Below, one piece after another: positions 19,469-29,331 of a stretch of DNA of 64,000 bases. Under the pieces are notes generated by a model. That model was not told where the DNA came from and made no database searches. It was given only the letters and a program-made list of their open reading frames with translations. The position numbers and the translations under genes were made by a program. The stretch is from assembly GCA_021734245.1 (NCBI GenBank), contig JAIPJH010000001.1, positions 1,823 through 65,822 on the forward strand, given 5' to 3'. Source of the stretch: Candidatus Cloacimonadota bacterium. Lineage in GTDB: Bacteria > Cloacimonadota > Cloacimonadia > Cloacimonadales > TCS61. Position 1 is the first letter of the stretch. Each line of letters starts with the position of its first letter.

Positions 19469-20152
19469 TTATTCTTGATCCGGTTCTCCCATTTCCACAA
19501 ATTCCAGCACAAAATCTACAAAAGAAATATTATTTGCAATGATTCGTGTTCTATCAGATTTTTCCAGCTCAGCATCGACTTCTTTGGCTTTTTCCAGGTA
19601 GCCTTTGGCTTTGGAAAGTAGTCGACTTTCTTCTCTGAAATTTTTCTGAATTTCTAATCTGTAATCTTCAATTTTCTGCTTCAATTTAAGAGAATTCAGG
19701 GAATCCATTTTTGTCTGGTAATCAGTTTTTACTTTGAATTCTTTTATCAGGTAATAAGCTGCGTTGTTGTATTGCCACGCTTCTATATCATTTCGCTCCA
19801 ACGCATTAGCATAGATGGCTGCTTCGTGATAGAATTTGCTCATAGCTTCAAAGTTGTTGTTTTTTTCGGCTTCTTTCACTTTGGCTTTTGCTGCATTATA
19901 CAAATCCCAAAGTTTCTGCTGTGACAGCCATTCATCTTCTTCAACTTCTTCTTTTTGGTCAGTTTCTTCTATTTCTTCTTTTTGAACTTTTTCAGTTTCT
20001 TCGGGTTTGGCTTGGTCTTTCAAACTATCCTGAACAGTTTCTTTTTTGATATCTTGTTTTGTATCTTCCAGGTCGGTTTTAACTTCATCTTTTTTGGTTT
20101 GACATCCAAAAACAACAACCGCCAGCAACATTATAGCAATAAAATATTTCAT
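19469..20152 (-). CDS. lipoprotein with acidic E/K-rich linker, function unknown
   Basis: 227 aa. Lipobox VVFGC, a low-complexity EEK-rich region, then a helical C-terminal domain. Confidence 0.5.
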   Translation of the reverse strand: MKYFIAIMLLAVVVFGCQTKKDEVKTDLEDTKQDIKKETVQDSLKDQAKPEETEKVQKEEIEETDQKEEVEEDEWLSQQKLWDLYNAAKAKVKEAEKNNNFEAMSKFYHEAAIYANALERNDIEAWQYNNAAYYLIKEFKVKTDYQTKMDSLNSLKLKQKIEDYRLEIQKNFREESRLLSKAKGYLEKAKEVDAELEKSDRTRIIANNISFVDFVLEFVEMGEPDQE

Positions 20153-20206
20153 GACTACTTCTCCCTTTAATTCGAAATGATAAGTGAGTTTTATTATCTG
20201 GGATTG

Positions 20207-21262
20207 CTATGTCAAATGTTTTATCAGATCGGAATTTGATTTATGTTGATCTGTTAATTGAAGAAGATTAGAAACAGCTTTCTGTTTGTCGATCTGCAAA
20301 AGTCTTCTTCGTAAACTGTTTATCTTTTCCAATTCCAAGTTGGAACGTAATAACTCCTCTTTCCTGGTGCCGCTTTCTGTAATATTGATTGCCGGAAATA
20401 TCCTCATATCAGCCAGATCGCGATCCAGAATAATTTCACAATTTCCGGTTCCTTTAAATTCCTGAAAGATAACTTCGTCCATTCTCGATCCTGTATCAGT
20501 TAAAATTGTAGCCAGGATCGTGCAGGAACCACCATTTTGAATATTACGAGCCACCCCAAAGAGCTTGCGGGGTAATTCCAACGCACCTGATGAAAGTCCG
20601 CCGGACATGATGCGATTATTATGTCGATTATCATTTATATTGTAAGCTCTTCCCATCCTGGTAAGACTATCAATTAAAATTACAGTATCATTCCCGCACT
20701 CAAGTTCGGCACGAATATGATTCAGCATGAAGTTCCCTAAAACCTGATGTGACCAGCTGCCTTTATCCATAGAACTATGAAAAACCTGGGCTTTCGTATT
20801 CATTTTGAAGGAAGTAACTTCTTCCGGACGTTCATCTATAAGTAAAACAATCACTTGCAGTTTTGGATCGAGTTTATAAAATTCATTTGCCAGGTTTTCC
20901 AATAACATGGTTTTTCCAGCTCTTGGTGGCGAAACAATTAACCCGCGCGTTCCTTTTCCAATTGGTGTCATCAAATCCAAAATTCGGAGAGAAGAAATTT
21001 CTGAATTGCCAAAATCATATCTTTCTGTAGGATTTTGAGCAATCAGGTTATTGAAGTTTTTTCTTTTGTTATACTCCTCAGGTTTCACATCACATATTTT
21101 GTAGATATCGATAACTCTATTACTCTTGATTTCAGATTCCAGCCGAACTCCGCTTTTCAGATTGTATTTCTTTATCAATTTATCAGGAAAATTAAACGAT
21201 TCCGAACTTTTATCAAAAGGAATTTTCCATAAAGTTGCCTGCTGATTTTTCGTTATATTCAA
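20207..21262 (-). CDS. rho: transcription termination factor Rho (short N-terminus)
   Basis: Walker A SPPRAGKT, LLIDERPEEVT and DSLTRMGRAYN motifs. Only 351 aa, beginning near the RNA-binding OB region. TTG start without an obvious SD. Confidence 0.85.
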   Translation of the reverse strand: MNITKNQQATLWKIPFDKSSESFNFPDKLIKKYNLKSGVRLESEIKSNRVIDIYKICDVKPEEYNKRKNFNNLIAQNPTERYDFGNSEISSLRILDLMTPIGKGTRGLIVSPPRAGKTMLLENLANEFYKLDPKLQVIVLLIDERPEEVTSFKMNTKAQVFHSSMDKGSWSHQVLGNFMLNHIRAELECGNDTVILIDSLTRMGRAYNINDNRHNNRIMSGGLSSGALELPRKLFGVARNIQNGGSCTILATILTDTGSRMDEVIFQEFKGTGNCEIILDRDLADMRIFPAINITESGTRKEELLRSNLELEKINSLRRRLLQIDKQKAVSNLLQLTDQHKSNSDLIKHLT

Positions 21263-21295
21263 ATAGCCGTTAAATTTGATATTATCTCCTTTTGA

Positions 21296-23218
21296 TCATT
21301 TTAAAAGTAGCATTTTTTTTTGCAGATTGATTTTTTCAGTTTTGAACCGAGCAAAATAGATACCGCTGGAAACTGGTTTGTTGTTTTGGTCGGTTCCGTT
21401 CCAGATTATTTGATGATCTGGAGATTGGGTGATTTGGAGATTTGAGAATGTTTTAACTTTCTGACCTTTTAGATTGTAAATTTCGATGATCGCAAATGAG
21501 GACGTTTGCGGTACATTGAAGCTGATTTTTGTAGTGGGATTGAAGGGATTGGGAAAGATATTTAAATCGAGATCAGAATCAGGAACAATGTTAGAATCTA
21601 TTGATGTGATTGCATTCAAGTCAAAATCGATCGGGCCAGTTGGAGCTCCGCTTTCTACCAGAACATCATCGATAGTTTGTGGTTCATAATTATCCAAAGA
21701 TGCAGTTATAGAATACGTTCCTGGTGAAAGTTCTAAAGAGTAAAATCCAAATTCATCGGGATTCGTAATCATGTTGGCAGTTGTTATTTCCACATCTATC
21801 ACATTTCCATTTCCACCGATCAGTGTGACGTTGCCGAAAACCATTCCGGGTGCAACTAAACCCCTTCCTTCATAAACTTTCATCTCATAGCTATCTGCAC
21901 AAATAACAAGATGTCCATCCATTCCAAGCGCGGGTCCGTCCGGTCTGTCAAATGTATCTTCCCAGATGAGGTTGAGCGATTCATCAAAACAGAAAAGTTT
22001 GTCCTGATGATTTGTGATGTAAAGATATCCTTCAGCATCAACGGCAGCATGAGGAGAAACAATACCTGCGCCTGGATCACCAATGACAATAGAAGTATCT
22101 AATATCGCTGGTTCACGATTATTGGAAAAATAATGCTGTCTTACTTTTTCTTCTCCTTTTGCAGGATAAATGGAACCAGCAAATAAAGTAGTTCTGTAAT
22201 TTGGAATATCATTGCTGATCCTGGTAGATGAATTTAAGATATCACCGCTATGAGAATCGATATGGATAACCTGATAATCGTAGTTGTAGGAATAAACATT
22301 TCCGTTCAGATCAACGCCAAAAGTGGCAAAAGGAATATAGCACAAACCAATCTGCCACATTCTCTCCAATTCACTTCCTGTATCGGTAAAAGCAACCAGC
22401 GAATCGGTTACTACATTGTTTTGGGTTCTGGGTGCATAAACTATTCCATCTGGACCCACGAAACAGCCAAGCTGTTGAACCAAACCGCCACCAACTCCAC
22501 CACTTTCATACAGGAACGCTCCTGTTTCAATATCGTGAACAACTATGGAAGGTCCGCTGGTACTGGCAGCCCAGCCATAAACATGATTTTCATAAACTGA
22601 AACTTCACTGCCGCTGGAAGTTGGGCTGTATCTGGTTTCCTGCCAGATCAATGAACCATCTGAAGCATTCAATCGCATGATATTCTGGAAATTACCAATG
22701 ATCAGATCGCCATTTTCAGCAAAAGTTACACATTCTCCTGAAGACATGTCTGTTAATTCTGTTGAAGTCCAGATTATCGATCCATCAGTTACATCCAGGG
22801 CATGCAGATAAGAAGCGTTCGTATTGCCGCTGCGGGTGGCATAAACCACGCCATCATTGGTACCGCAAACTCTACTTCGCCAGTCGGTGTCGGGAAAATA
22901 AACCGGCAGATCAACCGTCCACAATGTATCTCCGGAAGTGATATCATAAGCCACGATCCAGGTTCCATGCAGCACATCGTTCATATTGAAGGTCCGATCT
23001 GCAACGATCACATTTCCTTCTGTAAATGGCTGATGCGGCCAGTAGGAGAAAACATTACTTCCTTCCCACAAAACTTCATCTTCCGACAAGGAAGAAAGCA
23101 CACCATCCGCTTGTCCGTTTCGAGCAGGATTACCGCCATTTCCCACATGCCAGCTCCAGTTTTGAGCCGCAAGAATTACAGGTAAAATAATAAGGATTAT
23201 CAGTATTGATTTTCTCAT
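21296..23218 (-). CDS. secreted PQQ/BamB-like beta-propeller protein with T9SS C-terminal sorting domain
   Basis: Signal peptide. Repeated ..D..(T/S)G..(I/L)W.. blades. A carboxypeptidase-regulatory-like domain. C-terminus FPNPFNPTTKISFNV...IEIYNLKGQKVKTF...KKMLLLK. Confidence 0.75.
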   Translation of the reverse strand: MRKSILIILIILPVILAAQNWSWHVGNGGNPARNGQADGVLSSLSEDEVLWEGSNVFSYWPHQPFTEGNVIVADRTFNMNDVLHGTWIVAYDITSGDTLWTVDLPVYFPDTDWRSRVCGTNDGVVYATRSGNTNASYLHALDVTDGSIIWTSTELTDMSSGECVTFAENGDLIIGNFQNIMRLNASDGSLIWQETRYSPTSSGSEVSVYENHVYGWAASTSGPSIVVHDIETGAFLYESGGVGGGLVQQLGCFVGPDGIVYAPRTQNNVVTDSLVAFTDTGSELERMWQIGLCYIPFATFGVDLNGNVYSYNYDYQVIHIDSHSGDILNSSTRISNDIPNYRTTLFAGSIYPAKGEEKVRQHYFSNNREPAILDTSIVIGDPGAGIVSPHAAVDAEGYLYITNHQDKLFCFDESLNLIWEDTFDRPDGPALGMDGHLVICADSYEMKVYEGRGLVAPGMVFGNVTLIGGNGNVIDVEITTANMITNPDEFGFYSLELSPGTYSITASLDNYEPQTIDDVLVESGAPTGPIDFDLNAITSIDSNIVPDSDLDLNIFPNPFNPTTKISFNVPQTSSFAIIEIYNLKGQKVKTFSNLQITQSPDHQIIWNGTDQNNKPVSSGIYFARFKTEKINLQKKMLLLK

Positions 23219-23227
23219 GATTTCCTC

Positions 23228-26200
23228 CTATTTCAGCAACAACATTTTTTTTGTTAATTGCTGTTTTCCTTGCTTTAGTTTGTAAAAATATACTCCGGAT
23301 GATACAGGTTTATTATTTTCATCGGTTCCGTTCCAGACAATTACACCTTTGCTCGTTCCTAAACCTGCTTGCCAGTTCGTAGCTTCCTGCGAAGACTGGT
23401 TTGGGAAAGTAAACATTTTAACTTTCTGACCTTTAAGGTTGTAAATCTCAATTGTCGCAAAGTCGGAGCTTTGCGTTACGCTGAAGCTGATTGTTGTGCT
23501 TGGATTGAAAGGATTCGGGAAATTTTGGTTAAGAATTATTGTCTCAGCTTGTAAAATATCATCTGAATGTGGTGATATTTGTTCTGAAACTAAAATCATC
23601 TGATTTGTTTCGATATCATTAAGCTGTGAGATTTCTCCGGAAGGCCACATTACCAGAATTGAACCCACAGTTTCGGCGTCACCAAATCCTATCCTGGTAA
23701 TTATAGAATTATCTGCATTTACCAAAGTATTCTGGCTTACAACCGATCCACCAATCTCTGCTACCGATAAAATCTCGCAACCAATTCCATAATAGTTTGA
23801 ATTATAGCCTTCCAGTTCCACATAAAGCCAGTTATTGCCATTTCCATTATTCTGGAATAATTTATTATTCCCACCAAAATAGTTGTTCACAGCGAAAAAA
23901 ACATCCAAGTCTCCATCATCATCATAATCTGTCCAGCTTGCTTGCTTATTATAGTTACCATCATTTGCCAGAACTCCTTCCGAAGTCTGAGAAAAATTGC
24001 CCAGACCATCATTTTCCAGGATCAGGTTGAATCCGTCATAAGCCTGATGAAAAATATCGAGATCACCATCAAAATCGATATCAACAAAATCACAACCTCC
24101 ACCAGCATTTATATTGTCATGTGGAATATTCTGAACTCTGGTGAAAGATGCGTTCCCATCATTTTGATAGAGATAAACATCATACGAGCCGGCCGGCAAC
24201 ATTCCCGGAGCCACATAAATATCATAATCGCCGTCATTATCATAATCACCAGTCGCAGAGATATCAAAATTCTCCATTTCAGAAACGATAGGATCGTTCT
24301 GCAATGCAGTAAAACTGCCATCTCCGTTGTTCAGGAAAAGTGAATTCGTATCCGGTCCCGAATTTGCAATGAATACATCGGGATAGCTATTATCATCAAA
24401 ATCTGCCCAGACGCAGCTGCCGGAATTCTTGTTTTCCGAAACTAAAGGATCACCAGTAATTCGAGTAAAAGTTCCATCCGCATTATTTTGATAAAGAAAA
24501 TTTGCCTGAGTTCGATTGCAGACAAAAAGATCAAGCCAACCATCCTTATTATAATCTACCCATTCACAATCGGTAGAAGAACCGCTGTTATTTACAATAT
24601 CTCCGGTAGTAATTCTTGTAAACGTGCCGTCTCCCAGATTTTCGTAAAGCGCGTTATTTTCGTTGTAGTTGGAAACGAACAGATCAATATCACCATCATT
24701 ATCAAAATCTCCAGGAGCACAGCCGTAAGAACTGTCTCCGTCGGTTACGATGTCACCATCTGTAACCTTGGTAAAGGTTCCATCCTGATTATTCAAGTAA
24801 TAAAAATTGTGTTTACCATTATCACCATCATTATTACAAACAAAAAGATCATCCCAGCCGTCAGCATCAAAATCTGCCCAGCAGCAGTCGTAATTCCAGC
24901 CGCCGTCATTTACAATATTTCCGGTTGTGATCTGAGTAAAAGAGAATGTTTCTTCTACAAAATACTCGTAAGGTCCCATATCTACTTCATCACCATAAAT
25001 CCGATCTTCTCCAGCCAGATCAAAGGTGGTAAGTTCGTATGGAACTGGCAATATGGAAGTTCCGCTGTCAATACAGGGTGAATTTTCGGTTAACAGATAC
25101 TGATCGTCGATCAGAGGATCTGTATCGATGTTGCCATCCAGCCAGTTTACAATCGTATTAACTGTGGAAATACCGGTTTCTCCACCTTCGATACAGGAAT
25201 ATTCCGAAGTTACGGTATTTTGTCCACCATCAACTCTGCAATGTATCTGCTGTGGAAGATTTCCCCAGAGAACAGAGTTAACGAAATAAGGTGAAGAACC
25301 GCTCCAACCATAGAAAGCTCCGCCATCAGCATTGGAAGAATTATTGTAGAAAGCAGAATTAATATAATAAGAACTGCATTGGCTAGAAAAAATAGCACCA
25401 CCATCACTGGTTGAAATATTATCATAAACAAGCACATTCTGCAGAACAATTGTTTGCAGCCAGATGAACATTGCTCCACCCAGATTGGCAGAATTTCCTT
25501 CCATAATGCTGTTTTTCACAGTTAAATTTGTGTTGAATGTTCCGATCGCACCAGCTCTTTCTATTGCCTGATTGTGCAAAAACACACAATTATCTATTAC
25601 AGGATCAACAAGTGGTGCTTCTCGATAAAAAACTGCTGCCCCTCGCCGGGCTGAATTATCATGGAAAAATGAATTTGTGATATTCCCACCTCCTCCGACG
25701 TTATAATAAACAGCTCCTCCTTTATCACTGTTACAACCGTAAACCTCAATTTTATCTATGATTGGAAGAGAGTTGTCGTAGGCACAAATTCCACCTCCGT
25801 ATTCAGCATTACAGTTAGAAATTATTAAGTTTTCCAATTTGGGACTGGAAGCTAAATTGCAGAAAACTGCCCCTCCAAAAACATGTAGAGAACCAGACGG
25901 AGTTGTGTAGGATGTTCCACTGCCATTTTGCAATTTAAACCCTGTTAAAACAGCTGTGGAATCTTCTCCACTTTCAAAAAGTACCACGCCACCCATTTGA
26001 TTTCCATCGATTATTGTTTGGGAAATGTAACTTGTATCCTGCGTAGTATGATAGAGTGATGCAACTGTGATCAGTTTTCCGTTGAAATTCAGATTTTCCA
26101 GATAAGTTCCAGGTTGAACGAGAACTATGTCTCCATTTGCAGATGCGTCTATTCCTTCCTGAATCGTTGCATAATCATCTGGAATGTTTATAGTTATGGA

Positions 26201-26251
26201 AAACAGTGAAATCGAAAATATGATAAAAAATAAAACAAAATTTGTCTTCAT
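23228..26251 (-). CDS. secreted right-handed beta-helix plus FG-GAP/VCBS-repeat protein with T9SS C-terminal sorting domain
   Basis: Signal peptide MKTNFVLFFIIF (ATG at 26251 after GGAGG). N-terminal INIPDDYATIQEGIDAS beta-helix module. Many D.D.DG..D repeats. C-terminus FPNPFNPSTTISFSV...IEIYNLKGQKVK...KKMLLLK. Confidence 0.75.
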   Translation of the reverse strand: MKTNFVLFFIIFSISLFSITINIPDDYATIQEGIDASANGDIVLVQPGTYLENLNFNGKLITVASLYHTTQDTSYISQTIIDGNQMGGVVLFESGEDSTAVLTGFKLQNGSGTSYTTPSGSLHVFGGAVFCNLASSPKLENLIISNCNAEYGGGICAYDNSLPIIDKIEVYGCNSDKGGAVYYNVGGGGNITNSFFHDNSARRGAAVFYREAPLVDPVIDNCVFLHNQAIERAGAIGTFNTNLTVKNSIMEGNSANLGGAMFIWLQTIVLQNVLVYDNISTSDGGAIFSSQCSSYYINSAFYNNSSNADGGAFYGWSGSSPYFVNSVLWGNLPQQIHCRVDGGQNTVTSEYSCIEGGETGISTVNTIVNWLDGNIDTDPLIDDQYLLTENSPCIDSGTSILPVPYELTTFDLAGEDRIYGDEVDMGPYEYFVEETFSFTQITTGNIVNDGGWNYDCCWADFDADGWDDLFVCNNDGDNGKHNFYYLNNQDGTFTKVTDGDIVTDGDSSYGCAPGDFDNDGDIDLFVSNYNENNALYENLGDGTFTRITTGDIVNNSGSSTDCEWVDYNKDGWLDLFVCNRTQANFLYQNNADGTFTRITGDPLVSENKNSGSCVWADFDDNSYPDVFIANSGPDTNSLFLNNGDGSFTALQNDPIVSEMENFDISATGDYDNDGDYDIYVAPGMLPAGSYDVYLYQNDGNASFTRVQNIPHDNINAGGGCDFVDIDFDGDLDIFHQAYDGFNLILENDGLGNFSQTSEGVLANDGNYNKQASWTDYDDDGDLDVFFAVNNYFGGNNKLFQNNGNGNNWLYVELEGYNSNYYGIGCEILSVAEIGGSVVSQNTLVNADNSIITRIGFGDAETVGSILVMWPSGEISQLNDIETNQMILVSEQISPHSDDILQAETIILNQNFPNPFNPSTTISFSVTQSSDFATIEIYNLKGQKVKMFTFPNQSSQEATNWQAGLGTSKGVIVWNGTDENNKPVSSGVYFYKLKQGKQQLTKKMLLLK

Positions 26252-26304
26252 ACAAACCTCCAATTAATAAGAACAATAATTTTATATTTTTTTATTTTAT
26301 CAAG

Positions 26305-26366
26305 AAATAAAGAAAATTCTTAAATTTGCCTATCCCAGATTCAGAGCAGCGAGGAATTCTTTCGAC
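26305..26366. promoter_or_regulatory. conserved upstream block shared with 48009..48196 (5' region of a T9SS cargo gene)
   Basis: AAATAAAGAAAATTCTTAAATTTGCCTATC and CAGAGCAGCGAGGAATTCTTTCGA recur almost identically upstream of the 45751..47991 gene. Confidence 0.55.
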
Positions 26367-26498
26367 TTATATAACATTTTCCTTGTCCAATAAACCTAAA
26401 GAAAATTTATGGTTCAAAAAAATTATTGAACCAAATCAATGGGCTTATAATTTATTATTTTTCTGTTGGTTACAAAGAATTTAATAAGAAAGGAAAAA

Positions 26499-28559
26499 AT
26501 GGATATATTAAAATTGAGAAACGTCGGGATCAGTGCTCATATCGATTCCGGAAAAACAACACTTACAGAAAGGATTCTGTATTATTGCAATAAAATTTAC
26601 CGAATCGGTGAAGTTCGTGGTAAAGATGGAGTAGGTGCTACAATGGATTCCATGGAGTTGGAAAAAGAACGTGGAATCACTATAGCTTCTGCTGCTACAA
26701 ATGTAAATTGGAAAGGATATAATCTAAACATCATCGATACGCCGGGGCATGTCGATTTTACGATCGAAGTGGAAAATGCTCTGCGCGTTCTGGATGGGGC
26801 TGTTCTGGTATTGTGTGGTGTTAGTGGAGTTCAGTCTCAATCCATCACAGTAGACAGGCAGCTGAAACGGTATAAAGTTCCTCATATTGCTTTTATCAAC
26901 AAGTTAGATAGAGTTGGTGCAGATCCCGAAAAAGTAAAAGATCAGCTTTGTGAAAAACTGGATCACAATGCTGTGTTGATGCAGATTCCAATTGGTTTGG
27001 AAGATAAATTTGAAGGAATCATCGATTTAACTTCCCGCAAGGCAAGATATTTTACCGGACCAAAAGGCGAACAGGTTCTGGAAAAGGAAGTACCTGCTGA
27101 ATATAAAGCTAAAACTGAAGAAATGCGAGAGAAAATGATCGATGCAGTTTCCATGTTCAGCGATGAATTGGCTGAAGCATTCCTGGAAGGAACTGAAACT
27201 GAAGAGATGATTATCTCAGCTGTACGTAAAGCTACTATTGCCATGGAAATGACACCGGTATTTCTCGGTTCAGCCTTCAAAAACAAGGGAGTTCAGCTTT
27301 TGCTGGATGCTGTTGTTCGTTATCTTCCCGATCCTACAACAGGAATCAATATTGCTCATGATAAAGATGATGAAATGAGAAATATTCGGCTTACTTCCGA
27401 TCCGAATAAACCTACTGTAGCCTTGGCATTCAAATTGGAAAATCAGCAGTATGGACAATTGACCTATATTCGAATTTACCAGGGAACTATTTCCAAAGGT
27501 AGCGATTTGATCAATGCTAGAACAGGTAATAAGATGAAGGTAGGACGGCTTGTGAAAATGCATGCAGATAACATGGAAGATATTTCTATTGCAAAAGCTG
27601 GCGATATTGTTGCTTTATTTGGAATTGATTGCGCTCTGGGAGATACTTTCAATTCTCCTGAGACAAATTACACAATGCGGGAATCTTTCGTTCCCAAACC
27701 AATTATTTCCCTGGCTTTGAAAACGAAAGACAACGAAGATCTGGAAAAACTAAGTAAAGCACTTACCAGGTTTACCAAAGAAGATCCCACCTTCAAGGCA
27801 AACGTTGATGATGAAACCAACGAAACCATTGTACATGGAATGGGAGAATTGCACCTGAATGTCTATATCGAAAGAATTCGACGTGAATATGGCGTAAAAC
27901 TGGAAGTATTACCTCCGCAAGTTTCTTATCGAGAAACACTGACGAAGGCTGTTGATTTTGATTACATTCATAAAAAACAAACCGGTGGACGCGGTCAGTT
28001 TGCCAGAATAAAAGGAGTTTTAACTCATTCTGGAAAAGATGAAAATATTTTTAAGGATAAAGTTACCGGTGGCAATATTCCCAAAGAATATATTCCTGGT
28101 TGCGAAAAAGGATTCAATGCTTCTCTGGAAGAAGGAGAGTTGATGGGATTTCCAGTTGTTGGTGTAAAAATGGCTATCGATGATGGAGATTTTCATCCCG
28201 TAGATTCTTCTCAACTGGCATTTGAAACTGCTACCAAAGCTGCATTCAGAGAAAATTATTTCAAAGCAAAGCCGATCATTCTGGAACCGGTGATGAAAGT
28301 TTCAGTAGAAACTCCTTCCGAATTTCGGGGAAATATCATGGCGATCATCAATCAGAATCGCGGTTTGGTTTTAGATACTGTGATCGATCATCATTTTACC
28401 AGAGTAGATTCCGAAATGCCATTATCAGAGACCTTCGGACTTGCCACCAAGTTCCGTTCAGCAACGCAGGGCAAAGCAAATTTCACGATGGAATTCAGTG
28501 AATATAAAGCTGTTCCCAAGAACATTGAAGAAGAGCTATTGAAGAAAGAGGGAAAATGA
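26499..28559 (+). CDS. fusA: translation elongation factor G (stand-alone copy)
   Basis: [23 protein letters not shown]1 motif, DTPGHVDF, and the full five-domain length. The start is set at the ATG after AAAGGA; the track starts at an upstream TTG (26466). Confidence 0.9.
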   Translation: MDILKLRNVGISAHIDSGKTTLTERILYYCNKIYRIGEVRGKDGVGATMDSMELEKERGITIASAATNVNWKGYNLNIIDTPGHVDFTIEVENALRVLDGAVLVLCGVSGVQSQSITVDRQLKRYKVPHIAFINKLDRVGADPEKVKDQLCEKLDHNAVLMQIPIGLEDKFEGIIDLTSRKARYFTGPKGEQVLEKEVPAEYKAKTEEMREKMIDAVSMFSDELAEAFLEGTETEEMIISAVRKATIAMEMTPVFLGSAFKNKGVQLLLDAVVRYLPDPTTGINIAHDKDDEMRNIRLTSDPNKPTVALAFKLENQQYGQLTYIRIYQGTISKGSDLINARTGNKMKVGRLVKMHADNMEDISIAKAGDIVALFGIDCALGDTFNSPETNYTMRESFVPKPIISLALKTKDNEDLEKLSKALTRFTKEDPTFKANVDDETNETIVHGMGELHLNVYIERIRREYGVKLEVLPPQVSYRETLTKAVDFDYIHKKQTGGRGQFARIKGVLTHSGKDENIFKDKVTGGNIPKEYIPGCEKGFNASLEEGELMGFPVVGVKMAIDDGDFHPVDSSQLAFETATKAAFRENYFKAKPIILEPVMKVSVETPSEFRGNIMAIINQNRGLVLDTVIDHHFTRVDSEMPLSETFGLATKFRSATQGKANFTMEFSEYKAVPKNIEEELLKKEGK

Positions 28560-28591
28560 GAAGTGAGAAGTGAGAGGTGAGATGTGTGATT
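28557..28591 (+). repeat. five tandem imperfect heptamers TGAGAAG/TGAGAAG/TGAGAGG/TGAGATG/TGTGATT
   Basis: Read directly from the sequence. The first unit contains the EF-G stop codon. Confidence 0.7.
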
Positions 28592-28652
28592 TGGAGACGA
28601 TGAGAAGATGAGAAATTTAGTAAATACTGAATATTATCTCTCCTTTTTCAAA

Positions 28653-28961
28653 TTATGCTGAATAAATTTTTATTCCGGTACTTTTAATCTTTGAAAGAAA
28701 CCCGGAAAGATCATTTCCATCTTCCAGGAGTATTGGTTCAATTCTCAAATCAACATTTCTTCTAAGTTTAAATAGTGCAGTATTTTGATCGAGATAATTA
28801 CCGGTAATTTTATCTAAAACTATTGCAATATCAATGTCTCTTTCTTCTGAAGCTTCACCATTTGCGTAAGAACCAAATAGATAAGCATTTTTCATCGGAA
28901 AATCTTTCTTCACTAATTCCACGAAACGCTTTGCTATTGCGATAATTTCTGTTTGATCCAT
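28653..28961 (-). CDS. minimal nucleotidyltransferase (MNT-type antitoxin-like)
   Basis: 102 aa with the GSYANGEASEERDIDIAIVL (GS...D.D) NTase motif, adjacent to a HEPN remnant. Confidence 0.8.
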   Translation of the reverse strand: MDQTEIIAIAKRFVELVKKDFPMKNAYLFGSYANGEASEERDIDIAIVLDKITGNYLDQNTALFKLRRNVDLRIEPILLEDGNDLSGFLSKIKSTGIKIYSA

Positions 28962-28962
28962 A

Positions 28963-29331
28963 CTAAAAATTCTCTGCTTTTTTAATTATACTTTTACATT
29001 TATCTTTACTTAATTCTTTGAAAATCATATCTTTGTAAGTTGGATATCTCGATTCAATATTTAAAGGTTCCAATTCATCAAGAAAATTTTTCTACTCTTC
29101 TGATAAAAAATTTTCAAGTTTGGTTGATTCTGTTAGATAAGTTAATCTATGAGCATAAGAAGGTTGCTTATCATAAGAATATACATAATAAGCTTTTAAT
29201 ATCTTTTCCACTGCTTGATGACACATAAATCCAACATATAAAAATCACTTTGTTCTGAGCATTGCTTTTGCTGTTTCAAAATCATAATTTGCTAAATCAA
29301 CCCAATATTTTACTTTTCTACTCCCACTCAA
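28963..29331 (-). pseudogene. HEPN-domain protein (toxin partner of MNT) with two in-frame stops (TGA 29247..29245, TAG 29094..29092)
   Basis: My translation: (TTG)SGSRKVKYWVDLANYDFETAKAMLRTK*FLYVGFMCHQAVEKILKAYYVYSYDKQPSYAHRLTYLTESTKLENFLSEE*KNFLDELEPLNIESRYPTYKD...AENF*. It shows the HEPN signatures (helix pair, ..SRYP..). The stop sits 1 nt before the MNT ATG. The start is uncertain. Confidence 0.7.

Noticed and set aside
24488-25081. Long antisense ORFs inside big genes (e.g. 24488..25081, 1525..2022, 48644..49147, 38139..38663, 42811..43116).
   Set aside because: Each lies opposite a gene with strong family motifs and has low-complexity, Ile/Phe-rich composition typical of shadow ORFs in AT-rich DNA.
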